From IMG/VR virus record IMGVR_UViG_3300032308_001297, positions 64,001 to 128,000 of that record: 64,000 nucleotides of DNA; one strand, 5' to 3'. The translations under genes and the position numbers were made by a program. This DNA is from a virus. Position 1 is the stretch's first letter, and every line of letters begins with the position of its first letter. Positions 53,900-63,744 of this stretch are shown piece by piece. Below the pieces are notes generated by a model. It searched no databases. It was not told where the DNA came from and worked only from the letters and a program-made list of their open reading frames with translations.

Positions 53900-55761
53900 T
53901 AGTTTCTTTTCTCTTCTACATTAATCGTAACATCATTTGGATCAATCACAATAATATTTTTAGGGCCAGCGAAAATATCTCTATCAGCTGTTTTAGCATA
54001 AACAGAAACATGGCTATTATAATCAGCTATATTAATATTCACAAATATGACTTTGCCGGAAGTGTAATCTACTGTTCCAATAGTGTCTATTTTAGTAACT
54101 TGGTTACCAACTAAAGAATAAACATCGATATTGCCGTTTGAATCGTCTTCGAAATAACTAAATGGATAAGCGACACCATCAGTGTGATTATATGTGAATA
54201 AAGAAGAAATTATAGAAGCATGCACGTAATGTGTATTGTAGTTTGAACCATGAAAATCAATATGACTTTGCGAGTATACTGGTTGATTTTCCAGATAAAT
54301 TCTATTATTAAAGTATAAAGTTTCTGTGTAAGTTCTATTCACCAGAGGTGATATTCTTTTAATAATACGGAAATCGGTTTGGTTACTTACTATACCTGGA
54401 TCGCTATCGTCAATATGAGCGACCAAACGACTATAACGTAAATCTTCCGCAAACAAACCCAAATGGTCACTGTTATAATTATCAATAGCAGTTAAAACAA
54501 CATTTTTAAGTTCTGAAACTGTTTTATCTGTTAAATATTGATCGTATTGGACTTTTGAATCCAAACGAACATAAAGGTAATCGGGATCAGCAGTTTCAAC
54601 TCTATTAGGTAAAGCGATATAATCTTGTAAATATCTTATGATACTCTCTTTAACATAATTAGGAGCGATATCACCAGCCGAAGGTTTCAAACAAATAATA
54701 ACTCTACCGTATTTCTTTTCTGGTAGTGTTTCGCCGCCGAACACAGCAACGTCAGAAATTTCCCCTTGGAAATTAGATCTAACAAGAGAAGCATAATCGT
54801 CAGAAGAAACCGCTCTTTGCTGTGTAGCAAAATATCTAGGCGCATTGAAACGGATAGAATCCAAGTTTTCTGAATTTGCTCCACCAGCAGAGTTAGCTGA
54901 AACCGTTACCGGAGCAGAAACGATTGTTCCGCCGTTTGATGGTCCAATATCGTCGGATAAAGTTAATTCAGAAATACCATTTCCATCTGAACCATTGGTT
55001 ACAATGTATTTCACCAAAACAGTTGAAGCGTTTAATGGTTTTCTTCCGAAATTACCATCTCCGAATAATATTTCATACTGACCATTTTGGGTTGCTTGTA
55101 GAAAGTAAACATTAGAAGTGGAATCTAAACCAAATAGTGTTGGCTTTCTAGAAAATAAAGTATTAGAAGCCCCAAAATTTTCTACAACATTAACGTCTAT
55201 GGTGTCAATATCAACTTTAGGATCCGAAATAACAAATCTCTGATTTTCAATATCATAATTTACTAGGTAGGATTCACTAGCATATGTTCCTTCTTTTACT
55301 TGAAGGTTAGCTACTTGGAAAGTGTCGTTTGTTGAAGCATATGATTGCGTATCAGTTGTAACGAACTGATATGTTCCATTCGAATTTGTACCGAAAAGTC
55401 TAGTTCCTCTAGGAACTGAAAGAACACCAGTAGTCGTAGAAATACCTGTAGTTTCGAATACAATATTAACGTTTGCTACTGCACCACTATATGATATTGG
55501 AACGTAGTTAAGTTCTTTGGCGTGAGAGATAACTGAATCTAGCTTCTGTGCTGAGTCCAAGAACATCTCGGAAGCAATCATGTTCAAATAAAATGCATTC
55601 AAATATGAATTGTATGATAGAACGTCAAGAAGGACATTCATATTTGAACCTTCATAATTATAGTCTTTCAGTGCAGACTGAGACTTTAAGAAGGTTTTAA
55701 GGTTTTCTTTTAGCGTATCAAAATCAAGAGAGCTAAGATTTAGTGAACTATTTGCGGCCAT
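53899..55761 (-). CDS. gp6: Baseplate wedge subunit
   Basis: LDFDTLKENL, DYNYEGS, EMFLDSA, FGDGNFG, QQRAVSSDDY. Confidence 0.93.
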   Translation of the reverse strand: MAANSSLNLSSLDFDTLKENLKTFLKSQSALKDYNYEGSNMNVLLDVLSYNSYLNAFYLNMIASEMFLDSAQKLDSVISHAKELNYVPISYSGAVANVNIVFETTGISTTTGVLSVPRGTRLFGTNSNGTYQFVTTDTQSYASTNDTFQVANLQVKEGTYASESYLVNYDIENQRFVISDPKVDIDTIDVNVVENFGASNTLFSRKPTLFGLDSTSNVYFLQATQNGQYEILFGDGNFGRKPLNASTVLVKYIVTNGSDGNGISELTLSDDIGPSNGGTIVSAPVTVSANSAGGANSENLDSIRFNAPRYFATQQRAVSSDDYASLVRSNFQGEISDVAVFGGETLPEKKYGRVIICLKPSAGDIAPNYVKESIIRYLQDYIALPNRVETADPDYLYVRLDSKVQYDQYLTDKTVSELKNVVLTAIDNYNSDHLGLFAEDLRYSRLVAHIDDSDPGIVSNQTDFRIIKRISPLVNRTYTETLYFNNRIYLENQPVYSQSHIDFHGSNYNTHYVHASIISSLFTYNHTDGVAYPFSYFEDDSNGNIDVYSLVGNQVTKIDTIGTVDYTSGKVIFVNINIADYNSHVSVYAKTADRDIFAGPKNIIVIDPNDVTINVEEKRN

Positions 55762-56187
55762 TTATCGGACTCTTTTTAAGACTAGATTAAGAGTAATCGG
55801 TTCTATGTTATTTATTACTCTATAGATAATAGTGATCTCTACAGAAGTTTCATCGAAAGTTTCTGGGAATAATACCTGTTCAACTTGAGCTCTTGGTTCG
55901 TGGTTTTCTATAGTGCTTCTGACATAAAGTTCGATTTCAGATGCATAATCTCTATAATTAGGTTCAAATAACATGGCTGTGATATCAGAACCAATAGTTG
56001 GTTGGAACAATCTTTCTCCTAATTCAGTTAAGATCAAGTTTTTTAAAGATTGAGTTATTGATTTCTCATTTATAATTTTAGTAAGCTCGTTGCCAAAAGG
56101 AGTTTGTGCAAAACTATTAGGAATATCTGAATAATATTCTGTTTTCTTTGATGAACTTGTTAAAGTTTCTGCTCTTGTTACTGCCAT
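55762..56187 (-). CDS. gp25: Baseplate wedge subunit (sheath initiator)
   Basis: SLKNLILT..GERLFQP.IGS...LFEP...EPR. Confidence 0.92.
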   Translation of the reverse strand: MAVTRAETLTSSSKKTEYYSDIPNSFAQTPFGNELTKIINEKSITQSLKNLILTELGERLFQPTIGSDITAMLFEPNYRDYASEIELYVRSTIENHEPRAQVEQVLFPETFDETSVEITIIYRVINNIEPITLNLVLKRVR

Positions 56188-56198
56188 TTATCCTACTC

Positions 56199-57197
56199 TT
56201 ACGTAAAAGTTACTGGTGGCGATGGTAAGCCGCCATTTTGTACCTTAGTGGTTGCGCCCTTAGTTCTAACGTCACCAGTTGCAGTAATATCAACTTTTCC
56301 ACTACCTGCATCAATAGTAATACCGCTTGAAGAAATTTCTATCTTATTGCTACCAACTTTTAAAGTAATTTTTGTATCTGCTGTAATTGTTATTTCTTGT
56401 GCTGTAATATTAGCTGAACTACTAGCAGTTATCATAACCTTTGCTTGAGAATTTACACTATAATCTTGTTGTGATTTAACGCTATATTTTGCACCAGAAT
56501 TAGCAGTCATGTCTTTATCAGACTGCATAAGCATAGTATCTTGAGAAAACGCCTGGAATGCTTGTTTCGACTCAAGTTTAAGTTTTTGTTTGGCGAAAGC
56601 GTCCCAGTTTTTATCGAAATAGAAAGCAGCATCGTCATTGTTGAGCATAATATGTTTGCCCTCGTGACCAGTCACCGTATCGCCTTCTACCTTTGTATAT
56701 TTTTTACCTTTAATAGTTGTTCTATAATCGCCATTAATACCAAGTTCGTGAGTTCCAGAAGAACCACCAGCAATAACTTTGGCCGATCCATCTTTGACTA
56801 GTTCAATTTTTTTACCACCCATTCCAAACAAACCGTCCTGAGCAGTAACAAAAGAAGCGTCTCCTCCTGCTTCGATTCTACAAGTAGATTCAGTGTTAAA
56901 ATCGTAATGACCATCAGCATGAACCGACATTCCAGCACCAGCATAAAAATGTTTATTACCTGGACTTACTTCGAAATGTCCTTCTTTAACATCGTCGTCT
57001 GCTTCTGTGACTTTATAACCACCAGAAGGTTTCAATTCTTGACTGAAAGTTTTCTTTCCTTCTTCGGCGTTTCTATAAACCCATTTATGACCACCACATT
57101 CGTCCCATTCTCCATGGACGTGACCATATTTTGGTTTGGTTTTTTGATTACAAACCTTAGTTTTTGGAACTTTTTTATTATAATCTTTATGAGCCAT
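56199..57197 (-). CDS. Baseplate spike C-terminal (beta-helix) part of gp5
   Basis: KYGHVH...GGH...PSG, followed by 8-residue beta-helix-like repeats (ITLKVGSNKIEISSSGITI); directly upstream of gp25. Confidence 0.65.
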   Translation of the reverse strand: MAHKDYNKKVPKTKVCNQKTKPKYGHVHGEWDECGGHKWVYRNAEEGKKTFSQELKPSGGYKVTEADDDVKEGHFEVSPGNKHFYAGAGMSVHADGHYDFNTESTCRIEAGGDASFVTAQDGLFGMGGKKIELVKDGSAKVIAGGSSGTHELGINGDYRTTIKGKKYTKVEGDTVTGHEGKHIMLNNDDAAFYFDKNWDAFAKQKLKLESKQAFQAFSQDTMLMQSDKDMTANSGAKYSVKSQQDYSVNSQAKVMITASSSANITAQEITITADTKITLKVGSNKIEISSSGITIDAGSGKVDITATGDVRTKGATTKVQNGGLPSPPVTFT

Positions 57198-58788
57198 TTG
57201 TAGTCTCTTCAATTCCTAGTAATGTTAATAGTTCTTGCATGTCTGAGATTTCGTTATTCGATAATCCACTATTGCTTGCATCATTCCATGCTCCGGATCC
57301 GCCAATTGTTGCATCTGGAAATCCAGATCCAGCGCCTCCGCCTCCACCACCAGAATTGCCTCCAAGAAATCCAAAACCTCCCATCAATCCACCAAGCATT
57401 CCACCAATATCTCCACCACCTAAAATACCACCAAGAGAACCAAATCCTCCCATACCACCGATCTGAGCAAGACTACTTAAACTTCCAAAAGCTCCACCAC
57501 CAAGAGCAGACATACCCATATTTAATATTTGACCACTCATTCCCATTTGTTTCTGAAAATCTTGAATTACGTTTGATACGCTACCAACTACTGTTCCGTT
57601 TTTAGAACCAATTTGTTCTTGTTGAAACATTTGAATAAGCTGCATCAATAATCCAATAAGCATACCCATCATTGCAGCCATATTTCCGCTGCCTCCACCA
57701 GAACCTACATTATTACCAATCATAAGATTACCTTGATATACTTCTATTTGTTTAATCCATTTATCAAGAACATCGTTTAGGTAACGTGGGAATAATGGTT
57801 CAGCGCCTTGAGCCATAGTGTATTGTGTTGGATCAACATAAAAATATTTGTCTAGATCGGCAGCAATACCACGCTCGACTTCAGAATAAATTTCTTCAGA
57901 AGCAGAAGTAAAAACATAAGTACCAAGTTCTCTTCTAACATAAACTATTTTTGTAGCATCGTTTGGATCAACCCATTGATCATAACCTGGATATGGTTCT
58001 GCAGAAACTCCATAATATTGTTTAACGTAAAAGTCTGGAACTTCTTCTTTAGTTACCAAATTTGTTGGAACAATATCACCATAATAAGTCTCATCATATG
58101 ATGAAACAGGAATGTTCAATGGCCCATAATAAATGGCTACTTTTAATAAAGTGGCAATAGCTTTTGTAACAATTGGTTGATACCAACTATCAAGTTGTGC
58201 CAATCCGCCATTTGGCAATGTAATAAGAACGAACATTTTTATTACTCGTTCGAAACCAAATTTTCTAACAAGGATAGCAAGAGCTCCAACAAAACCATCC
58301 GTAAGAACAATGTTCATACCTGATGGAGTTCCAGTTATTGTAAACGGCGTAGTTCCATTTCCTCCAGATCCACCACCAAGTCCAGCGCCCATGCTCAAAA
58401 TGCCCATAATCATAGACATTTGTTGATAGAGTTCTGGTAATTGTTGGGCCTTTCTTCCTGGATCTACTTCTTGAATAGTTTTTGGTAGTTTTTTGCCACC
58501 CTTTTTAGCAGATGCAGTTGTTGGCTTATCGCCACTGGGCGCAACTTTTTTTCTTACGTCTTCCAGTTCTTTTGATTTGCTTTTTTCAACACCAGGAGAT
58601 TCTGGATATTTTGGATCTTCAGTTTTTGGTTTATCTTGACCAAGAAACTGATTGAATAGAATAGTTTTTGCTTGTTCAAAAAAATCTTCTTCGTTTGTGC
58701 TAGTGAAACCTGGAGTGTCTGGACCAGCTGCTTTGGCTTCAATTTTTCCACCAGTTTTTTGATCTTTTTGTTTAATCTTGTTAGCCAT
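57187..58788 (-). CDS. Hypothetical Gly/Met-rich protein inserted between the two gp5 parts
   Basis: 533-aa ORF with a charged N-terminus and hydrophobic Gly/Met-rich segments. Confidence 0.7.
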   Translation of the reverse strand: MANKIKQKDQKTGGKIEAKAAGPDTPGFTSTNEEDFFEQAKTILFNQFLGQDKPKTEDPKYPESPGVEKSKSKELEDVRKKVAPSGDKPTTASAKKGGKKLPKTIQEVDPGRKAQQLPELYQQMSMIMGILSMGAGLGGGSGGNGTTPFTITGTPSGMNIVLTDGFVGALAILVRKFGFERVIKMFVLITLPNGGLAQLDSWYQPIVTKAIATLLKVAIYYGPLNIPVSSYDETYYGDIVPTNLVTKEEVPDFYVKQYYGVSAEPYPGYDQWVDPNDATKIVYVRRELGTYVFTSASEEIYSEVERGIAADLDKYFYVDPTQYTMAQGAEPLFPRYLNDVLDKWIKQIEVYQGNLMIGNNVGSGGGSGNMAAMMGMLIGLLMQLIQMFQQEQIGSKNGTVVGSVSNVIQDFQKQMGMSGQILNMGMSALGGGAFGSLSSLAQIGGMGGFGSLGGILGGGDIGGMLGGLMGGFGFLGGNSGGGGGGAGSGFPDATIGGSGAWNDASNSGLSNNEISDMQELLTLLGIEETTNGS

Positions 58789-59081
58789 TATTCGTCCAAC
58801 TCTCCACGTGCAATAGATCCCAATACAATAGGATATAATTCTTCATGATCGTGTTCAAGATAACCAACAATCACTCTTGAACCAACTTTTAAACCAGAAG
58901 GCGTTGGACCAATTTTATGAGTTGCTGCATGAGTTACTGGCTGCATCAATATAGCCCAAGGAAGATCGTCGTCTTTCACTTGTTGCGTGTCATCTTGACG
59001 ACCATGTAATCTTATTTTCACACGTCCTGATTTAGTTGGGTCTTTTTTGTATTCAACAACATAACCTGTTCTTAATTTCAC
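58788..59081 (-). CDS. gp5 N-terminal OB-fold domain as a stand-alone protein
   Basis: GYVV...DPTKSGRVKIRLHG...DDLPWA...GSRVIVGYL...PIVLGSI. Confidence 0.8.
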   Translation of the reverse strand: MKLRTGYVVEYKKDPTKSGRVKIRLHGRQDDTQQVKDDDLPWAILMQPVTHAATHKIGPTPSGLKVGSRVIVGYLEHDHEELYPIVLGSIARGELDE

Positions 59082-60325
59082 GGTTGACCTCCACCACTCT
59101 GATCAAACGCACCACCTTTAATAACTCTAAGAATCATTGTTGCTCTTGGAGTTTGTCCTAGTGGTTTGATCTTTGTTCTAATAGCAACTACACAAACTTG
59201 ACCATTAAATTGTTTTTCTTTTCCTGTACCATCAGCTGTTCTTGCAGGAATATCTAGTTTTATCATAGAACCTAATTTAATTTTTGGATTGAAATAAGTT
59301 TCTAACTCAGCAGAATTTTGAGACAAATATGAAAGAAAATTTGCTCTGCTATCTCTAGCATCAGCTGTTTTATGTTTTTCTTTGTCGTTTGCTTTATCAA
59401 AAGTTGTATAATGATGAACAGCGTTAGCGTGTTGTGCCTGACCTGAATATTCTGGTTGTCCTGGCAATTTAAATTGCTGTGGTTGTTCGGGGTCTGGCGA
59501 AGAAGGTTTATGTGTTGTTAAATTAAAAGTCTTTTGAGCCGATTTGGTTAAAACACGACTTGGTGTGAAAAAAGAATCAGAAGCTCTAAACCAAATAATA
59601 GAATTTTGTTTTTCTTGATCGCCACCTTTCGAAGCGTCAAGAGTAGTAGTCTGTTTTAAAGTAACTACTGATTCCTCTTTAAATAATTTCTCGAATGTAG
59701 AAAACACATATTTCTGTTGATCGCCAGTTTCTTGAAAAAGAACGTAACAGGAAGATTTATCCTCTTGAGAAACATGTAAAGTATTTAAATGTTTTATTGC
59801 ATCCAAAGGATGTTTATTATTGAGAATAACTCTTCTCTTACCATCGGTTTTACTTTTTTTGTCAATCTGAAGTTTGGTTTTGAACCCCTTTTTAACAACG
59901 TCTTCTACGATATTATCAGTCGTGTCATTATAACTTTTTTGCATAAAATTACCTTGAGCGTTTAATAACTCAGGCGAAACTGCACGAATATCATAATGCT
60001 TGTGTTTTAGATTACCAGCATTATGCATAGATCGATCATTGAGGTTTTTGTTTTGATACATTTTCAATTTAAATTTTTTCTGACCGCCACTGAAACCAGA
60101 ATCAGCCCCAGTTAGAGAAATTTCAACATCTTTGTCAAAAGATCCTTGGATATTGTTTTGACCAAGAGCGTCTTTATAATCAAGCACTCTTATTTCGGCC
60201 ATGGGTCCATATGGGTTTAAAATATCTTCGTAGATATTAAAACCAATGTAAGTGGCTTCTTTTGAATTGGTGAGATCTAAATCCCCAATTTTAAGAGAAG
60301 AAATTTTAATATCACCAACTGGCAT
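59078..60325 (-). CDS. Baseplate hub protein (gp27-like)
   Basis: FNIYEDI...YVLFQET...FSTFEKL; position between gp53 and gp5. Confidence 0.6.
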   Translation of the reverse strand: MPVGDIKISSLKIGDLDLTNSKEATYIGFNIYEDILNPYGPMAEIRVLDYKDALGQNNIQGSFDKDVEISLTGADSGFSGGQKKFKLKMYQNKNLNDRSMHNAGNLKHKHYDIRAVSPELLNAQGNFMQKSYNDTTDNIVEDVVKKGFKTKLQIDKKSKTDGKRRVILNNKHPLDAIKHLNTLHVSQEDKSSCYVLFQETGDQQKYVFSTFEKLFKEESVVTLKQTTTLDASKGGDQEKQNSIIWFRASDSFFTPSRVLTKSAQKTFNLTTHKPSSPDPEQPQQFKLPGQPEYSGQAQHANAVHHYTTFDKANDKEKHKTADARDSRANFLSYLSQNSAELETYFNPKIKLGSMIKLDIPARTADGTGKEKQFNGQVCVVAIRTKIKPLGQTPRATMILRVIKGGAFDQSGGGQP

Positions 60326-60326
60326 A

Positions 60327-61304
60327 TTAGAAAGGTTCCTTCATAAGATTAATTAAATTATCAACAGCAATATCAGAAAGATTTTTTTCCATAACTCTGA
60401 TAGTTTTATTGTATTCGTTTTTCTCATTTTCAACATCAAAATAAGTAACACCTTCCCAGTAAATTTCTTCATCTGCTGGAATATTATTAGATACAACTAA
60501 TACAGCATCATTAGTGGACTCGTTTTCCACAATAGAGATAGCTACGTTTACTTGGCTTTCTGTTCCATAAATATAACTATTTCCAGTGACAACAATACCA
60601 GAAGTATTATTGGTTTCGTATTGCCCTCTCATGTGTCGTAGAAACACGAAATTCAAATTTGTGTTTGTTGTTAACGAAGTATTAACATAAACATTAATAG
60701 TATTTGTCATGACAAATTGACCATTACCGCTGTTCATATTATCAAACACAATTTCTACTATCTCATTATTAACAAAAGAGCTTAATTGATAAGAATTAGC
60801 AGAAACAGAATATCTAACTATTTTATTAGTCTCTTTATTCCAATCATTTTCTTTTCTTTTATATCCATAAACAGAAGAACCTTGATAAATTGGTTCCCAA
60901 TAATATTGTTGTGCAACTGTTAATGAATTGTATTCTGCTGATTTTATATTTTCGTTTTTATTCACTTCCCAGTTGTTTCTATAATATTTAATTTTTTGTT
61001 GAGAATCAGGAATAGAATCATATTTTTTTGTTATAAAATCTGTAAACTGTTGATTGTTAAGATACCATTCATAGTAAGGATCTGTAATTCTATTAGAAAG
61101 ATAAACAATCCAACTTCTATATTGATCATCATAATACCTAAAAGAAAATTGATCTGCTCTTTCACCAGAAGTAATTTCATATGGATAAAATACGTATGGG
61201 TTTTCTGAAACTCTATCTAATAGAGTTACCCTTTTAGTTATATCAACAACTTCATTGTTGCTATAAGTTATTTTTGGAAACTTTTCGAAATATCTTTCTG
61301 GCAT
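60327..61304 (-). CDS. gp53: Baseplate wedge subunit, with an Asn-rich insertion
   Basis: YFEKFPKITY, YEI..GERAD...YY...W...NRITDPYYEW, ENEKNEYNKTIRV. Confidence 0.85.
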   Translation of the reverse strand: MPERYFEKFPKITYSNNEVVDITKRVTLLDRVSENPYVFYPYEITSGERADQFSFRYYDDQYRSWIVYLSNRITDPYYEWYLNNQQFTDFITKKYDSIPDSQQKIKYYRNNWEVNKNENIKSAEYNSLTVAQQYYWEPIYQGSSVYGYKRKENDWNKETNKIVRYSVSANSYQLSSFVNNEIVEIVFDNMNSGNGQFVMTNTINVYVNTSLTTNTNLNFVFLRHMRGQYETNNTSGIVVTGNSYIYGTESQVNVAISIVENESTNDAVLVVSNNIPADEEIYWEGVTYFDVENEKNEYNKTIRVMEKNLSDIAVDNLINLMKEPF

Positions 61305-61967
61305 TTATTGTCCCGTCTGCAGATCTTCGCGAGTCCATAATTGGACTTCTTTTAATCTTAGTACTAAACCTACTACCACTGGAGCTCCGCTTTTATAAAA
61401 CGATGGCCCACCAGCGGCTGTGTAATCAATAGTAACATTAATAACAGCACATGGTTTTAATTTAAACAAATAATCGCCTGGATGAAACGAAACTTGACAA
61501 ATCTTAGGATACTTATAAGCCAAACCACCCAACCCTAAACTTGGTGCAGAACTAGCTTTGAATTCGTTTATTATACGCTTTAGCGTGTCTGATTCTTCTC
61601 TATTAGCAGCTGTCAAAGACCATTGAAGGTCGTGTTCTTTATATGCTGGTCTTTTATAGGTCATAAATTGCAAAGGACTTAAGAATGAAGTTCCGCCACC
61701 AATTGCTCCACCTATTTGAGCCAACTGTGGAACTATCGAAGAAGCGTCTACTTCGCTCCATATTTGTGTGTTAACGTCATTAATTCTTCTCGGTAAAGGT
61801 AGTTTATAACCGCCACCAAAACTGAAATTATAACCCCCAAACCCTGCAGAATAGTCTGAAAATGAAATACTGGTATAATACTCTCTTCCGTTTTGTAACA
61901 GATCCGAAGGAAATTGACCTCCTGACCTTTGTTTCTGAGGAGGAGTAGGAAAGGTAAAATTTGCCAT
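61305..61967 (-). CDS. gp48: Baseplate tail-tube cap
   Basis: LPLP...P...YKEHDLQW.L...NREES...YP...VINVTIDY...L.LKEV. Confidence 0.7.
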   Translation of the reverse strand: MANFTFPTPPQKQRSGGQFPSDLLQNGREYYTSISFSDYSAGFGGYNFSFGGGYKLPLPRRINDVNTQIWSEVDASSIVPQLAQIGGAIGGGTSFLSPLQFMTYKRPAYKEHDLQWSLTAANREESDTLKRIINEFKASSAPSLGLGGLAYKYPKICQVSFHPGDYLFKLKPCAVINVTIDYTAAGGPSFYKSGAPVVVGLVLRLKEVQLWTREDLQTGQ

Positions 61968-61979
61968 TTGGTCCCTTTA

Positions 61980-62007
61980 GATAAATAAGTTTTTATATCT
62001 ATTTATT
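61980..62007. promoter_or_regulatory. Pair of oppositely oriented late promoters for the gp48 and gp4 operons
   Basis: GATAAATA on plus (61980-61987) and AATAAATA on minus (62000-62007), in a 53-bp gap. Confidence 0.65.
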
Positions 62008-62020
62008 AGAAAAATATCAA

Positions 62021-62467
62021 ATGGCTTTACGACAAGGATTTTTTAAACCTTCTAATCCAATTAAATACAAAGGCGACCCGACAAAGATCGAGTACCGTTC
62101 TGGGTGGGAATTGAAATTGATGTCTAGGTTAGATAGGGATCCTAATGTAATTTGGTGGCAGAGCGAAGAAACCATCATACCATATAGATCACCCATTGAC
62201 AATCGCATTCACCGTTATTTTGTGGATTTTACGGTTAAATCAAAAGACATAAACGGCGGGACCAAAACTAGGTTAATTGAAGTGAAACCAGCTGCACAAT
62301 GTCGACCACCAGCTATTATGGAGGGTCGAAAAACAAAACGATATATAAATGAGGTAATGCGTTGGGGCATAAACTCTGCCAAATGGAAGGCTGCTCGTGA
62401 ATACTGTAAAGACAGAGGATACGAGTTTATTATTATGACCGAAAAAGAACTAGGAATCAAATTTTAA
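62021..62467 (+). CDS. gp4: Head completion nuclease
   Basis: GFFKPSNPIKYKGD, YRSGWE, WQSEE..IPY.SP.D..HRYFVDF, IEVKP, NSAKWKAA. Confidence 0.93.
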   Translation: MALRQGFFKPSNPIKYKGDPTKIEYRSGWELKLMSRLDRDPNVIWWQSEETIIPYRSPIDNRIHRYFVDFTVKSKDINGGTKTRLIEVKPAAQCRPPAIMEGRKTKRYINEVMRWGINSAKWKAAREYCKDRGYEFIIMTEKELGIKF

Positions 62468-63030
62468 TGTCAAATAGATTTACTAAACTTCTGAGAGCCA
62501 CCGCTAGAGATTTGTCCTCTAAGTCCTCAGAATCTTCACAATGGTATAACGACACTGTTCAAAATATGGGCAAACGAGACCCAAATAAGATTTTTGAAAA
62601 AAGTTCCAGCCCTCAAATCGGGGCATTGATGTTATTTTTATACGATCCAAAATACAAAAACACCCTTCCGTTTTATGACGCCCATCCATTAGTTTTTCCT
62701 GTAGAAATGTATCACGATGGTTTTTTAGGGATCAACCTTCATTACCTACCACCTTTGGCCAGAGTTAATATGATGAAGGGGCTAGTGGATATTAACGACA
62801 ACGATAAATACATACAAAATAAAAAATTGGTTCTTACATATAGTTTATTGAAATACTATTCTAACCAATTAAGAGGCGTTGATAATTGTATAAAAAGATA
62901 CCTTTTAAGTCACGTTAGAAGTTCTTTTTATCAAGTGGATCCGCAAGATTGGGAAAAGGCTGCATTATTGCCTCTACAGAGATGGAATGTTAACCCAAAT
63001 AGGCGATATGCAGGTTCGCCTCCATATTAG
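62467..63030 (+). CDS. gp2: DNA end protector protein
   Basis: YDPKYKNTLPFYD..PLV, GFLGINLHYLPP, CIKRYL.SHVRS. Confidence 0.92.
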   Translation: MSNRFTKLLRATARDLSSKSSESSQWYNDTVQNMGKRDPNKIFEKSSSPQIGALMLFLYDPKYKNTLPFYDAHPLVFPVEMYHDGFLGINLHYLPPLARVNMMKGLVDINDNDKYIQNKKLVLTYSLLKYYSNQLRGVDNCIKRYLLSHVRSSFYQVDPQDWEKAALLPLQRWNVNPNRRYAGSPPY

Positions 63031-63038
63031 GATCAGAA

Positions 63039-63728
63039 ATGCCATTTAATATACAAGGTTTCAAAGAGAATCTTAATTCTTACGGTTATTTGGATAATAA
63101 CAGCTTTGAAGTTATTGTTCAAACTCCACCAATCTTACAGAACGCTGTATTAAATAATCAGGGCACCCCTACTGACACTTACAGAATTGCAAAAAACCTA
63201 AAATTGAGAGCCGATCAAGTTAGAGCTCCTGGAATCAACTTGATGACATCTCAACAGCAACGTTATGGTATTGGTTCTGTTCAGAATATGCCAATTAATG
63301 CGCAATTTCAAGACGTTCGTATTTCGTTTCTAGTAGATCATTTTAGCGAAATTTGGCAATATTGGTATAATTGGACAAACCTTATTTTTGGGTTCAATGG
63401 ATTAGCTTCTGCTAACGGACCAGTAGTAAATTCATTACCAAGTTACCAAGCAGAATATAAAGAAAACTATTCAACTATTATACAAATATACATATACGAT
63501 CATTTTGGTAATAATATCCAAAAAATAAACCTTTACGAAGCCTTCCCTACAGCGATAGCAGACATGCCTTTGGCTTGGGGAGATGGCAATTTAATGAAAT
63601 TGAATGTGACTATTTCATATACTAGCTATGCTATTGTTGGTAGCTCCGTGCAACCACAACCAGCCCCACAACCACAAAGACCATTTAGATCAATAAGAAA
63701 TTCAACAACAATAAGACCTGGCGTTTAA
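63039..63728 (+). CDS. Tail-tube-fold baseplate protein (gp54-like)
   Basis: MPFNIQGFK N-terminus like gp19; LYEAFPTAI..MPLAW...KLNVTISY; between gp2 and gp26. Confidence 0.7.
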   Translation: MPFNIQGFKENLNSYGYLDNNSFEVIVQTPPILQNAVLNNQGTPTDTYRIAKNLKLRADQVRAPGINLMTSQQQRYGIGSVQNMPINAQFQDVRISFLVDHFSEIWQYWYNWTNLIFGFNGLASANGPVVNSLPSYQAEYKENYSTIIQIYIYDHFGNNIQKINLYEAFPTAIADMPLAWGDGNLMKLNVTISYTSYAIVGSSVQPQPAPQPQRPFRSIRNSTTIRPGV

Positions 63729-63744
63729 ATAATGGAGATATAAT

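Noticed and set aside
218-62460. Numerous short antisense or nested ORFs in the six-frame track
   Set aside because: They lie within well-supported genes, have no recognisable motifs and lack ribosome-binding sites.
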